DNA of 64,000 nucleotides from an uncultured Acidobacteriota bacterium (GTDB lineage Bacteria; Acidobacteriota; Thermoanaerobaculia; UBA5066; Gp7-AA6): NCBI GenBank assembly GCA_963825175.1, contig CAWGSA010000002.1, positions 2,339,044 to 2,403,043 of the forward strand, read 5' to 3'. Shown piece by piece: positions 52,001 to 59,645 of this stretch (position 1 is its first letter; each line of letters starts with the position of its first letter). The notes under the pieces were generated by a model. It saw only the letters and a program-made list of their open reading frames with translations, ran no database searches and was not told where the DNA came from. The position numbers and the translations under genes were made by a program.

Positions 52001-54416
52001 CAGCCAGGCCATCACCGCCTCCGGCGGCTCCGGCGGCTTCACCTACGCCGTCACCGCGGGATCGCTGCCGAGCTGGCTCTCACTCAACCCCGCCACCGGC
52101 GCCCTGACCGGCACACCCGCCAACGCCGACGGCACCGGATCCTTCTCCTTCACCATCACCGCGACCAACACCGCCACGGGCTGCACCGTCGCGCGGCCCT
52201 ACAGCTTCGTGAGCCGGCCCGTCGCCACTCCCGACGTCCTCTCCAACGGCGTCGGCAACACCGAGTACTACGAAGGCGGCTTCTCGCCGACCCCGTCCAC
52301 ACCCTTCGTCTCGACCGCCGCCAACATCCTGACCAATGACCTGGGCCCGGGCCTGACCGCCACGCTCGTCACGCAGCCGGGCAACGGCACCGTCACGCTC
52401 AACTCCAACGGCTCCTTCCGCTACACCCCCATCGCCGGCGCCACCGGCTCGGCCGTCTTCAGCTACAAGGTCACTTCCAACGGCATCGACTCCGCCAACG
52501 GCACCGTTACGGTCCCGCTGACCAGCCTCGTCTGGTACGTCAACGGGTCCGGCGCCAACGGAATCGGCACCTCCAACAGCCCCTTCAACAAGGTCAACAA
52601 CGCTCAGGCCCCATCGGCTTCGGGTGACACGATCTTCGTCCACTCCGGCGGCGCCTTCCCGAGCTCCGACACGATCGCTCTTCAGGCCAATCAGACCCTG
52701 TGGGGCCAGGGCACGACCTTCACGCTGGGCAACCTCACGATCGGCGGAGGAAGTGGCACGACGCCCACGCTCACGGGCACCGTGGTGCTTGCAAACAGCG
52801 TCGTCATCAACGGCATTGACATGTCGACCGGGGCGTCGCGAGCAATCACGAACTTCAACGGTGTGTCCTACAGCACGGTGACCGGCGTAAGCGTTACCGC
52901 GCGTAACGTGGCCAGCACGACCGGAACCGCCATTGACATTCAGGCGGCCGGCAACACCGGCACGATGACGTTCACGTCGGTAAGCGCGAATGGCGGCTCA
53001 AACGGCATCGTCCTGAAGAACTTTACCGGCGGCAGCTTTACCATCACGGGCGACAACAACGGAAGCAGCAACAACGGATCGGGCGGCACGATTTCTGGAG
53101 TAACTGGGGATGGCATTGTCATCAACACCGCAACCAATGTCAGCCTCGGGTACATGAACATCACGAATCCGGGCCTGACCGGAATCAAAGCCGTTCCCGC
53201 TGGATGGACGCGCTCGCCCGCGAACACCACCATCACTACCGCTGGAGTGAATGGCTTGACGCTCACCTTTTGCGACATTTCGGACAATGCGGGGAGTGTC
53301 ACCGACGACGACGGCCTGACGCTGGGGAACGCGATCGGGACTATCTCGATCACTAATTGCGTCTTCACCGCTGCGCGCCATCAGGGCATAACGGTTGACA
53401 ACTGGAACTCCAACACGTCGAGTTTTACCCTTCAGTCGTCGACCGTCACGGGAACCCTGGGCGGCGACGGTATCCTGATTGAGATGCGCGGGACGTCCAT
53501 ATTGACGAGTGCCCTAGTCGGTGGCGGTTCAGCGCTGTTAGGCAACTTGATAACGAACAACAGCTCTACAGGTCTTCAGGTGAGTGCCGTCGACACCGCT
53601 CGAATCGGTTCGTCCAGCGGTGGGATCATCACCGTCCCCGCGGCCAGCAACAGTTTTACCGTGCAGTCGAACACGTTCGCCGGTAACAACGCGGGCATCG
53701 ACATGGACAAGTCGCAGAACACAAACTTTACGTTTCAGATCCTGAGCAATACGCTCAACGGTCACCATAGCCAGGCCATCAATGCCTTCTCCGGTGCGGG
53801 CGCGGGCTTCAGCGGCTCGATCACCGGCTATATAACCGGCAATGTGATCGGCACGCAGGGCACCAAAGATTCCGGCTCGGCGATCGGCTCCGGCATCCGC
53901 CTGATCGTTCAAGGCGACTCCACGCAAGGCTTCTTCACGGTCGACACCAATACGATCCGCGAGGTGCCGAACGCCGACGTGATCGTGGCGTTCAGCCAGA
54001 ACGGAGATGCAGTGTCGGGCACGGGCTCGGCGCGCTTCAAGATTACGAACAACTTTCTTCCGCAGCCGAGCGGCACGAATCAGAACATCGGTTGTGGCGC
54101 CGGAGTGCCGTGCGGTGCCGGCGACGGCAACATCTTCGTCCTGGCGGACGAACACAACTCGGCTTGTGTGCTGATTACCGGTAACACTGTGTTTGACGCG
54201 ACGACGATGAACGGCGCATGGGACGTTTTGCTGGCCGAGCGCGTAGGACCGCCGACCGGCTCGGCTATTACGGTTCAGACGGGATCGAACGGCGGCAACT
54301 CAGCAGCTGCCACTTCCTTCATCACAGGCAACAACACTCTTGCGGGAACGCAGAAGATTTTCGACGAGGAGGGTAATGCGACGACCGTGAGCGGTTGCGG
54401 CAGCTTCCCTCCGTAA
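49074..54416 (+). CDS. Giant secreted surface protein: PCRLLDTR domain, Big_9-like and putative Ig (He_PIG) repeats, C-terminal beta-helix
   Basis: Signal peptide; GVLGND..DGSFTYTP; repeated GALPxGLTL..G.LSGTPT..FTVTATD; Asn/Thr-rich beta-helix; 1780 aa. Confidence 0.9.
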   Translation: MQEHVPGLSASGNAKWIALFLTFAVALVGAGVQPSSAGVPTPPTPGAKYFTVTPCRLLDTRSATPLMSGTVYGIQATGNCGIPAGAFAVALNVVAINPTGGGHLTLYPGAVVPATATLNFLADHIRANNAIVTVDAAGSFNLLATLGGGTLDVVIDIAGYFVQVPQGVDDTYATPKDTPLNVVAPGVLGNDVGTGLSAVAFNGPTTHGTVNLAADGSFTYTPTAGYIGTDSFTYTVQNAAGSSTATVNLTVTESPSITSANAVTFKVGVAGTFTVTATGFPTPSLTETGSLPSGVTFVDNGNGTATLAGTPAAGTGGAYPLTLTASNGSLPNGTQGFHLTVDEAPSITSANAASFTVGVAGTFTVTTTGFPTVGSITETGSLPSGVTFVNNGNGTATLSGTPGPNTAGTYPLTITASNGVTPDATQSFTLSAVCAGITVSPASLPGGVAGTPYSQGLSAIGGNGPYSFTVTSGALPTGLTLSLAGLLSGTPTAAGSFPFTVTATDANGCIGTQPYTVVIVCPTITVLPPVLPDGTLGVAYSQTLTGSGGVPSYTFTVTSGALPDGLTLSTAGLLSGPPTAVGTFTFTVTATDADGCSGSQAYTVRICPAIVVSPASLPDAVINVPYPTQTVTASGGTAPYTFTVSAGALPSGLNLDPNTGDITGTADTLGTSTFTIRATQADGCFGERAYTVHTCVAQALAPPPGALVGGTTGTPYNASIVASGGAGPYTYAVTSGALPHNLSLNVNTGAITGTPDTVGNATFTVTATDTATGCTIAGGYTILICSTITVNPATLPGGTDGSSYSQTVSAVGGTGPFTFAVTAGALPDGLLLNASTGDITGTPTVANLFNFTITATDSIGCTGSRAYSVRICPVITVNPLPSVCATAGGGYSQTITATGGTGPYTFAVASGSLPPTLVLASGGLLSGTTTTAGNFTFTVTATDSNGCTGSASFTIPVLTLAPAGPGLPDATFGSAYSQAITASGGSGGFTYAVTAGSLPSWLSLNPATGALTGTPANADGTGSFSFTITATNTATGCTVARPYSFVSRPVATPDVLSNGVGNTEYYEGGFSPTPSTPFVSTAANILTNDLGPGLTATLVTQPGNGTVTLNSNGSFRYTPIAGATGSAVFSYKVTSNGIDSANGTVTVPLTSLVWYVNGSGANGIGTSNSPFNKVNNAQAPSASGDTIFVHSGGAFPSSDTIALQANQTLWGQGTTFTLGNLTIGGGSGTTPTLTGTVVLANSVVINGIDMSTGASRAITNFNGVSYSTVTGVSVTARNVASTTGTAIDIQAAGNTGTMTFTSVSANGGSNGIVLKNFTGGSFTITGDNNGSSNNGSGGTISGVTGDGIVINTATNVSLGYMNITNPGLTGIKAVPAGWTRSPANTTITTAGVNGLTLTFCDISDNAGSVTDDDGLTLGNAIGTISITNCVFTAARHQGITVDNWNSNTSSFTLQSSTVTGTLGGDGILIEMRGTSILTSALVGGGSALLGNLITNNSSTGLQVSAVDTARIGSSSGGIITVPAASNSFTVQSNTFAGNNAGIDMDKSQNTNFTFQILSNTLNGHHSQAINAFSGAGAGFSGSITGYITGNVIGTQGTKDSGSAIGSGIRLIVQGDSTQGFFTVDTNTIREVPNADVIVAFSQNGDAVSGTGSARFKITNNFLPQPSGTNQNIGCGAGVPCGAGDGNIFVLADEHNSACVLITGNTVFDATTMNGAWDVLLAERVGPPTGSAITVQTGSNGGNSAAATSFITGNNTLAGTQKIFDEEGNATTVSGCGSFPP

Positions 54417-54441
54417 GCACGCCTGAATCAGGAGGTCGCGA

Positions 54442-54675
54442 ATGGCAGAGCCTTTTCTCAGCGAAATCCCGATCATGAGCTTCGGCTTCCCGCCGAAGGG
54501 CTGGGCGCTATACGACGGACAGCTCCCGCCGATCAACCAGAAACAGGCGCTCTTTTCGCTGCTGGGAACGACCTACGGCGGCGACGGGCGCGTGAACTTC
54601 GGCCTGCCGAATCTCCAGGGGCGGGTTCCCATCCACATGGGAAGCGGTCACCCTACTTCTGATCGATGGGGCTGA
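54442..54675 (+). pseudogene. Phage tail-collar-domain (MdpB-like) protein, 3'-truncated
   Basis: MAEPFLSEI..FPPKGWA..GQL.PINQ.QALFSLLGTTYGGDGR.NFGLPNLQGRVP; stops at 77 aa inside the convergent gene. Confidence 0.8.
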
Positions 54676-55186
54676 CGACGTCCAGCGCAAAATGTAGATC
54701 GAAGTAGCCGCCGTGATCGGCGGTCTTATCCGCCTCTTTCGTGCTGCGCAGAGTGCCCTCGATGCGCCTGGCATCGTTGCGCTTGAGATCGAGCTTGTAT
54801 CTCCCGGCGCCCACGCTCGCGGACGAGCTCAGCCCCGGCAGCTCGAAACCGATCTGCTGGACGGGAGAGTCCGGATCATTCCTGGCAACGATGACTTCGA
54901 CGCTGGCCGGCTTCTCTTCCGTGCCAGAGTGGTCATTCATGGCGTGCGAGAGAGCATCGAGGATGTCCTTCGCAGCGCTGATCTGCTTGGCGTCCATCAG
55001 CCTTTCGCTGAATGCGATGACGGTCGATTGTTTTGAACGATCGAAGGGATCGGGGCGCGAGTATGCGTAGGCGCTCTTGAGCACGGTGGTCTTGCCCTTC
55101 ACCGTAAACGTCCCGCCGCCGTCTGCAAGTGCCGTTGCGCAGGTCGCGAGCAATGTTGCCGTCAAAGCGAGGGTTGCATATTTCAT
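54653..55186 (-). CDS. Secreted hypothetical protein
   Basis: GAGG RBS; signal peptide MKYATLALTATLLATCATALA. Confidence 0.7.
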   Translation of the reverse strand: MKYATLALTATLLATCATALADGGGTFTVKGKTTVLKSAYAYSRPDPFDRSKQSTVIAFSERLMDAKQISAAKDILDALSHAMNDHSGTEEKPASVEVIVARNDPDSPVQQIGFELPGLSSSASVGAGRYKLDLKRNDARRIEGTLRSTKEADKTADHGGYFDLHFALDVVSPIDQK

Positions 55187-55570
55187 GACGTCCTCATGGA
55201 ACGAATCGCTCAATGAATGTGGCGAAGCGAGGCAGTCTAACGCGACCGAACAGGGGAGTGGACTTCGCGGAGGGGTACGGGGGAAGTTCGCGGTTGGGTA
55301 CGAGTGGCGGCGTGACCCCCTCAGGCCTGAGGCATCCAGGCATCGCCTCTGACGCATTGGATCCGTTGCGAAACGTCTCAGAGATGTTCCTCCCTTGACG
55401 CGCGTGCATTGAGACAGGGACGATTCTCTTGCCAAGTTGCTCGCTCACAGCAGCTTGAGTGCGGACCGAGCGCTGGTGCACTGATTGCTCCCTCCAATCG
55501 CAAGAGAAACCGTACAACTGGGCGTGAAGCGCGAGGGATCGCGACGAAACGGCCGATGCCAGGAGGCTGT

Positions 55571-55990
55571 ATGAAGCGAACCTACGTGCTGGCGGTGTGC
55601 CTTGGGACCCTGCCGGTGGTGACAGCCGCTCCCGCCCTCGCTTCTCAAGCCAGGGGGTCGAAGCCCGTTCCGGCCTCCGCGCCCGTGAGTCTTGTCTTCC
55701 GAGGGGCCGCGCCGGGATCCGGCGGGGTCGCGGCGCCGGTCTCGCCCGCGGCGGTTCCCTTTCATTCTTCGACGGAAAGCGGCGACTTGAATGAGGCCGA
55801 GCCTCCCGAGCACCGTATGCCTGCTCTTCCCGATCCCGCGAATCTCGAGCGGCCGCTCGCTCCCGCGGGGGCCAACGAGACCGATGACGGCGGCGCGCCG
55901 GGCGCGTCCGGTTTCCGCCGCCTGAGCGTCGCGGCGACGGCCGCGACGAACACGCGGGCAGCCAGAGGCACCATCGCATTTGGCCCGTCG
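55571..55990 (+). pseudogene. Probable 5' remnant of a secreted protein
   Basis: AGGAGG RBS and signal peptide MKRTYVLAVCLG; the downstream frame loses plausibility and runs antisense into peptides C/D. End approximate. Confidence 0.35.
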
Positions 55991-56130
55991 CCGGTGAGCC
56001 GGACATCACGCAGAGAGACGGACCGGCCGTGTCGTGAGAGCGCAGGCGCTCCCTCCACGCCGCAAATCGTTCGCGACATCGAGGCCGTCAACCGACGGTT
56101 CTTAGCCGTCGGCGGTTTGATTGTGCTGCG

Positions 56131-56286
56131 CTATCGGACGATGAGCTTGACGGTGTCGAGGTGCTTGCCCGTGGCGCACCCTTTGCCGCCCACGACTTCC
56201 GAGGCGTCCTTGACAGAAAGAGTCTTCACCGGAAGTTTCCCTATTCGCCGCGTCGCCCTCTTGTTCGTCGACTTCTTCTGGCTCAC
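56131..56286 (-). CDS. Small leader + Hcp-like core peptide D (51 aa)
   Basis: GTG start overlaps the stop of peptide C (GTGA): MSQKKSTNKRATRRIGKLPVKTLSVKDASEVVGG-KGCATGKHLDTVKLIVR. Confidence 0.85.
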   Translation of the reverse strand: MSQKKSTNKRATRRIGKLPVKTLSVKDASEVVGGKGCATGKHLDTVKLIVR

Positions 56287-56429
56287 GGCTTCTGCTGCGT
56301 GTACGTCCATTTGATTCTTCCGTAAGTGCCTGCCTTGACGCCCTCGGCGGTCTTGGCGTCGAGCGCTTTCGCCGGAAGATTCCTCATCGACTTGGCCGTC
56401 TTCGACTTCCTGGTCTTCTTCTTGTCCAT
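56283..56429 (-). CDS. Small leader + Hcp-like core peptide C (48 aa; not in ORF track)
   Basis: Hand translation: MDKKKTRKSKTAKSMRNLPAKALDAKTAEGVKAG-TYGRIKWTYTQQKP; AAGGAGG RBS. Confidence 0.85.
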   Translation of the reverse strand: MDKKKTRKSKTAKSMRNLPAKALDAKTAEGVKAGTYGRIKWTYTQQKP

Positions 56430-56495
56430 ACCGTCCTCCTTTTTGCTCTTTGAGCTGTCCTGAGTGCCTGCGGCTTCTGACCACCACCTCTGATC

Positions 56496-56510
56496 GCAAC
56501 CTCGGTGCCA
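56496..56510 (-). promoter_or_regulatory. Sigma-54 promoter for peptides C and D
   Basis: Minus strand reads TGGCAC-CGAGG-TTGC, identical to the site at 48554. Confidence 0.8.
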
Positions 56511-56811
56511 GCAAGGCGGGAACCACCGAAGGCCTTGATCCGAGAGACCTTAACCGAAGACCGGGTTCGGCAAGCAGATATGAAATGAAACATCCTGGTA
56601 TCGAATCGAGACCTTCAGTCTTCGGGGTCTGCCATTTTCAAGGTGGACTCTCTTCCTCTTCCCTGCTTGCTCGAGTTCGGTCCGCGCTTGGAAGCCGTGC
56701 GGGGTGCCTCCTTGGATGCCGTTGTGCCGGGTTTCCTTCTGCTCGGATGGGTTGGCGACATCCAGCTCGAAGTGCCCATCGAAGCAGCCGACCCCTTACA
56801 ATGTCGCACTC

Positions 56812-59490
56812 TTGTCCCTCGAACCCGGCTCCCGGCTTGGTCCCTACGAGATCGTCGCGCCCATCGACGCGGGCGGTATGGGCGAGGTCTGGAAAGCGCG
56901 GGACACGCGGCTCGAGCGGACCGTGGCAATCAAAGTCCTGTCGCAGCATCTATCGCCGACCTCCGAAGTCCGGCACCGGTTCGAGAGGGAGGCGAAGGCG
57001 ATCGCCCAGCTGTCGCATCCCCACATCTGCGCGCTCTACGACGTGGGTCGCGAGGGCGACACCGAGTATCTCGTCATGGAGTATCTGGAGGGTGAGACGC
57101 TTTCAGCGCGCCTCGCGAGAGGGCCGCTGCCGGCGGAGCAGGTCCTGAAGCAGGGAATCGAGATTGCCGACGCGCTGGACCAGGCGCACCGCCAGGGGAT
57201 CGTGCATCGGGACTTGAAGCCTGGCAACGTGATGCTGACCAAGTCGGGAGTCAAACTCCTGGACTTCGGTTTGGCGAAAGTGCTCGATCCGGCGAGCCCG
57301 GTCGAAGACCTCACGTCGGCGCCGACCGCGGCGAAGGACATCACGCACCAGGGCACGATCCTCGGCACGCTCTCCTACATGTCGCCCGAGCAGCTCGAGG
57401 GTCGGGCTGCCGATTCGCGGACCGATATCTTCACGCTTGGAGTGGTTCTCCACGAGATGGCGACCGGTCAGAGAGCCTTCAGCGGCGCGAGCCAGGCCTC
57501 GTTGATCTCGGCGATCATACAAACCAATCCTCCGCCCGTCTCGAGCCTCCAGCCGATGTCGCCGCCGGAGCTCGACCGGGTCGTCAAGACGTGTCTGGCA
57601 AAGGATCCCGAGGATCGCTGGCAGAGCGCGCGCGACGTGGGAAGACAGCTCCGTTGGATCGTCGAGGGGTCGAGTGCGGGCTTGGCCACGCCGGGGACGG
57701 CGCGCTCCCCCGGCACTCGGTCCGGCTGGCTCGTAGCGAGCGCTCTCGCGCTCGTGTCGATCGGCCTGGCCACTGTCGTCCTGACGCGGCGCCCGGCGCA
57801 AGCGCCCGTCCTCCGCACCTCAATCCTGCCTCCGCCGGGATCCGAGTTCGTCTCCATGTGGATCGACGCCGGTCCGGTCGAGATTTCGCCCGACGGCTCG
57901 CGTCTGGTTTTCACGGCGCGCAGAGGAGAAGGGCCCAACCTGCTCTGGGTTCGTTCGCTCACCGATTCGTCGGCCCGACCGCTTGCCGGCACGGAGAGGG
58001 CCTACCGGCCGTTCTGGTCGCCGGATGGCCGGTTCATCGGGTTTTTCGCCGATCGGGCCCTGAAGAAAATCGACGTCAACGGCGGCCCGGTGTTCAGGCT
58101 GGCGGAAATCACGGACGCCCGGGGCGGAACCTGGAATCGCGAGGGCGTCATCCTCTTCACGCCCGACGCGCGCGGCCCGGTGTTCCGCGTCTCGGCCGAA
58201 GGCGGCAAATCAACACAGGCCAGCGTGTATGGCCCGACCGACGCGACCCACCGCTACCCGCGCTTCCTGCCGGACGGGAGGCACTTCCTGTACATCGTGC
58301 GCCACAGCGGTGCGGGAGCCGGCCCCGAGCCCGAGATCCGAGTCGGGCAGCTCGATTCGAAGGATTCCAGGCTCATCAAAAACGTCGCCTCGAACGCGCT
58401 CTATGCATCGGGCTACCTGCTCTATGTGCTGGAGGACGCGCTGGTGGCCCAGGCCTTCGACCTGGACCGCCTCGCTCTCCAAGGCGAACCCATGACGCTC
58501 GTGCCGGATGTCCGAATGGACGAGCGGTTCAGCCGTGGAGTCTTCTCGGCTTCCGACAATGGAATGCTCGCCTACCAGACGGGTAAGGGTGATACCCCCT
58601 CCGTTCTGCGCTGGCTCGATCGGCGGGAGACTGTGCTTTCGACCCTCGGGGAGCCGGCGCAGTTCGTCAACGGCGGCGGCCCCAGGATCTCGCCCGACGG
58701 CACGCGCGCCGCGGCCTCCATCGTCGACGTGCGAACCGGAACGGCCGACATCTGGATGATCGATCTGGCTTCGGGCACGCGAAGCCGCTTCACGACGGGA
58801 CGCGGTGACAAGTTCGCCTCGGTCTGGTCGCCTGACGGCAGCCGCATCGCCTACAGCAAATCGAGGCCCGACGGCAGCGGCTACGACATTCTGATGAAGG
58901 CGATGAAAGGCTCCGCCGTCGAGGAAAAGATCGTGACGGACAGGCCCGGACGGGCTTATCCGTGCAGCTTTTCTCCAGAGGCCGGCTTCCTCGTCTTTCT
59001 GGCTCAGAAGGAGTCGCAATCCGACCTCTGGGTCCTTCCTCTGCAAGGAGACCGTCGCGCCTTCCCCTTGGTCGCATCCCCGGCCGTCGAGCAGGATGCG
59101 CAGTTCTCTCCCAACGGCCGCTACCTCGCTTACGTGTCCGACGAATCGGGGCGCCTGGAGACCTACGTGATGGTATTTCCCGGCCCCGGGGCTCGCTGGC
59201 AGGTTTCCCAGAACGGGGGGATCGAGCCTCGCTGGCGCCCCGACGGCAAGGAGCTCTTCTTCTTCGCTCCAGACAACCGTCTCATGGCGGCGCAGGTGCA
59301 GACGGACAGCGAGAGCTTCAAGGTCGGAGCGATCGAGCCCCTCTTCCAGGCGAGGTCCATGGGCTTTGGCTACCGGTACGACGTGGCCGCCGACGGCCAA
59401 CGCTTCCTGGTGGCGACGGACTTGCCGCAGGAGCTCTCGCCGATCACGCTTCTCACCAACTGGACCGCGGAGCTGAAAAGGAAGAGGTAA
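56812..59490 (+). CDS. Ser/Thr protein kinase with TM segment and PD40/TolB-like beta-propellers
   Basis: [24 protein letters not shown]; repeated SPDG/WSPDG blades; TTG start. Confidence 0.95.
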   Translation: MSLEPGSRLGPYEIVAPIDAGGMGEVWKARDTRLERTVAIKVLSQHLSPTSEVRHRFEREAKAIAQLSHPHICALYDVGREGDTEYLVMEYLEGETLSARLARGPLPAEQVLKQGIEIADALDQAHRQGIVHRDLKPGNVMLTKSGVKLLDFGLAKVLDPASPVEDLTSAPTAAKDITHQGTILGTLSYMSPEQLEGRAADSRTDIFTLGVVLHEMATGQRAFSGASQASLISAIIQTNPPPVSSLQPMSPPELDRVVKTCLAKDPEDRWQSARDVGRQLRWIVEGSSAGLATPGTARSPGTRSGWLVASALALVSIGLATVVLTRRPAQAPVLRTSILPPPGSEFVSMWIDAGPVEISPDGSRLVFTARRGEGPNLLWVRSLTDSSARPLAGTERAYRPFWSPDGRFIGFFADRALKKIDVNGGPVFRLAEITDARGGTWNREGVILFTPDARGPVFRVSAEGGKSTQASVYGPTDATHRYPRFLPDGRHFLYIVRHSGAGAGPEPEIRVGQLDSKDSRLIKNVASNALYASGYLLYVLEDALVAQAFDLDRLALQGEPMTLVPDVRMDERFSRGVFSASDNGMLAYQTGKGDTPSVLRWLDRRETVLSTLGEPAQFVNGGGPRISPDGTRAAASIVDVRTGTADIWMIDLASGTRSRFTTGRGDKFASVWSPDGSRIAYSKSRPDGSGYDILMKAMKGSAVEEKIVTDRPGRAYPCSFSPEAGFLVFLAQKESQSDLWVLPLQGDRRAFPLVASPAVEQDAQFSPNGRYLAYVSDESGRLETYVMVFPGPGARWQVSQNGGIEPRWRPDGKELFFFAPDNRLMAAQVQTDSESFKVGAIEPLFQARSMGFGYRYDVAADGQRFLVATDLPQELSPITLLTNWTAELKRKR

Positions 59491-59645
59491 CTGATGCCCT
59501 TGCTCGCGGGAACCCGCCTCGGCGATCTGGCACTCGACGGAGGCGGGTCCGTCACGTCAGGGGAACATTCGCCGCCACGCTTCCGCCAGAGTCAGCGCGG
59601 AGTCCCAAATGCGGCGAAACTCCGACACCGTACAATGTCGCACGC

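Noticed and set aside
45011-56429. Hcp-like segments as debris of one broken hcp gene or a T6SS locus
   Set aside because: The segments are spread over 11 kb on both strands, each fused at the same position to its own leader. The intact ones have clean stops and promoters, B and C cover the same Hcp region, and no other T6SS gene is present.
56131-56526. 131-aa track ORF as a single gene
   Set aside because: Better explained as two coupled genes: C in another frame, and D starting at GTG 56286.
58962-59645. N-terminal extension of the second propeller kinase
   Set aside because: It overlaps the previous gene; similarity to the paralog begins at TTG 59646.
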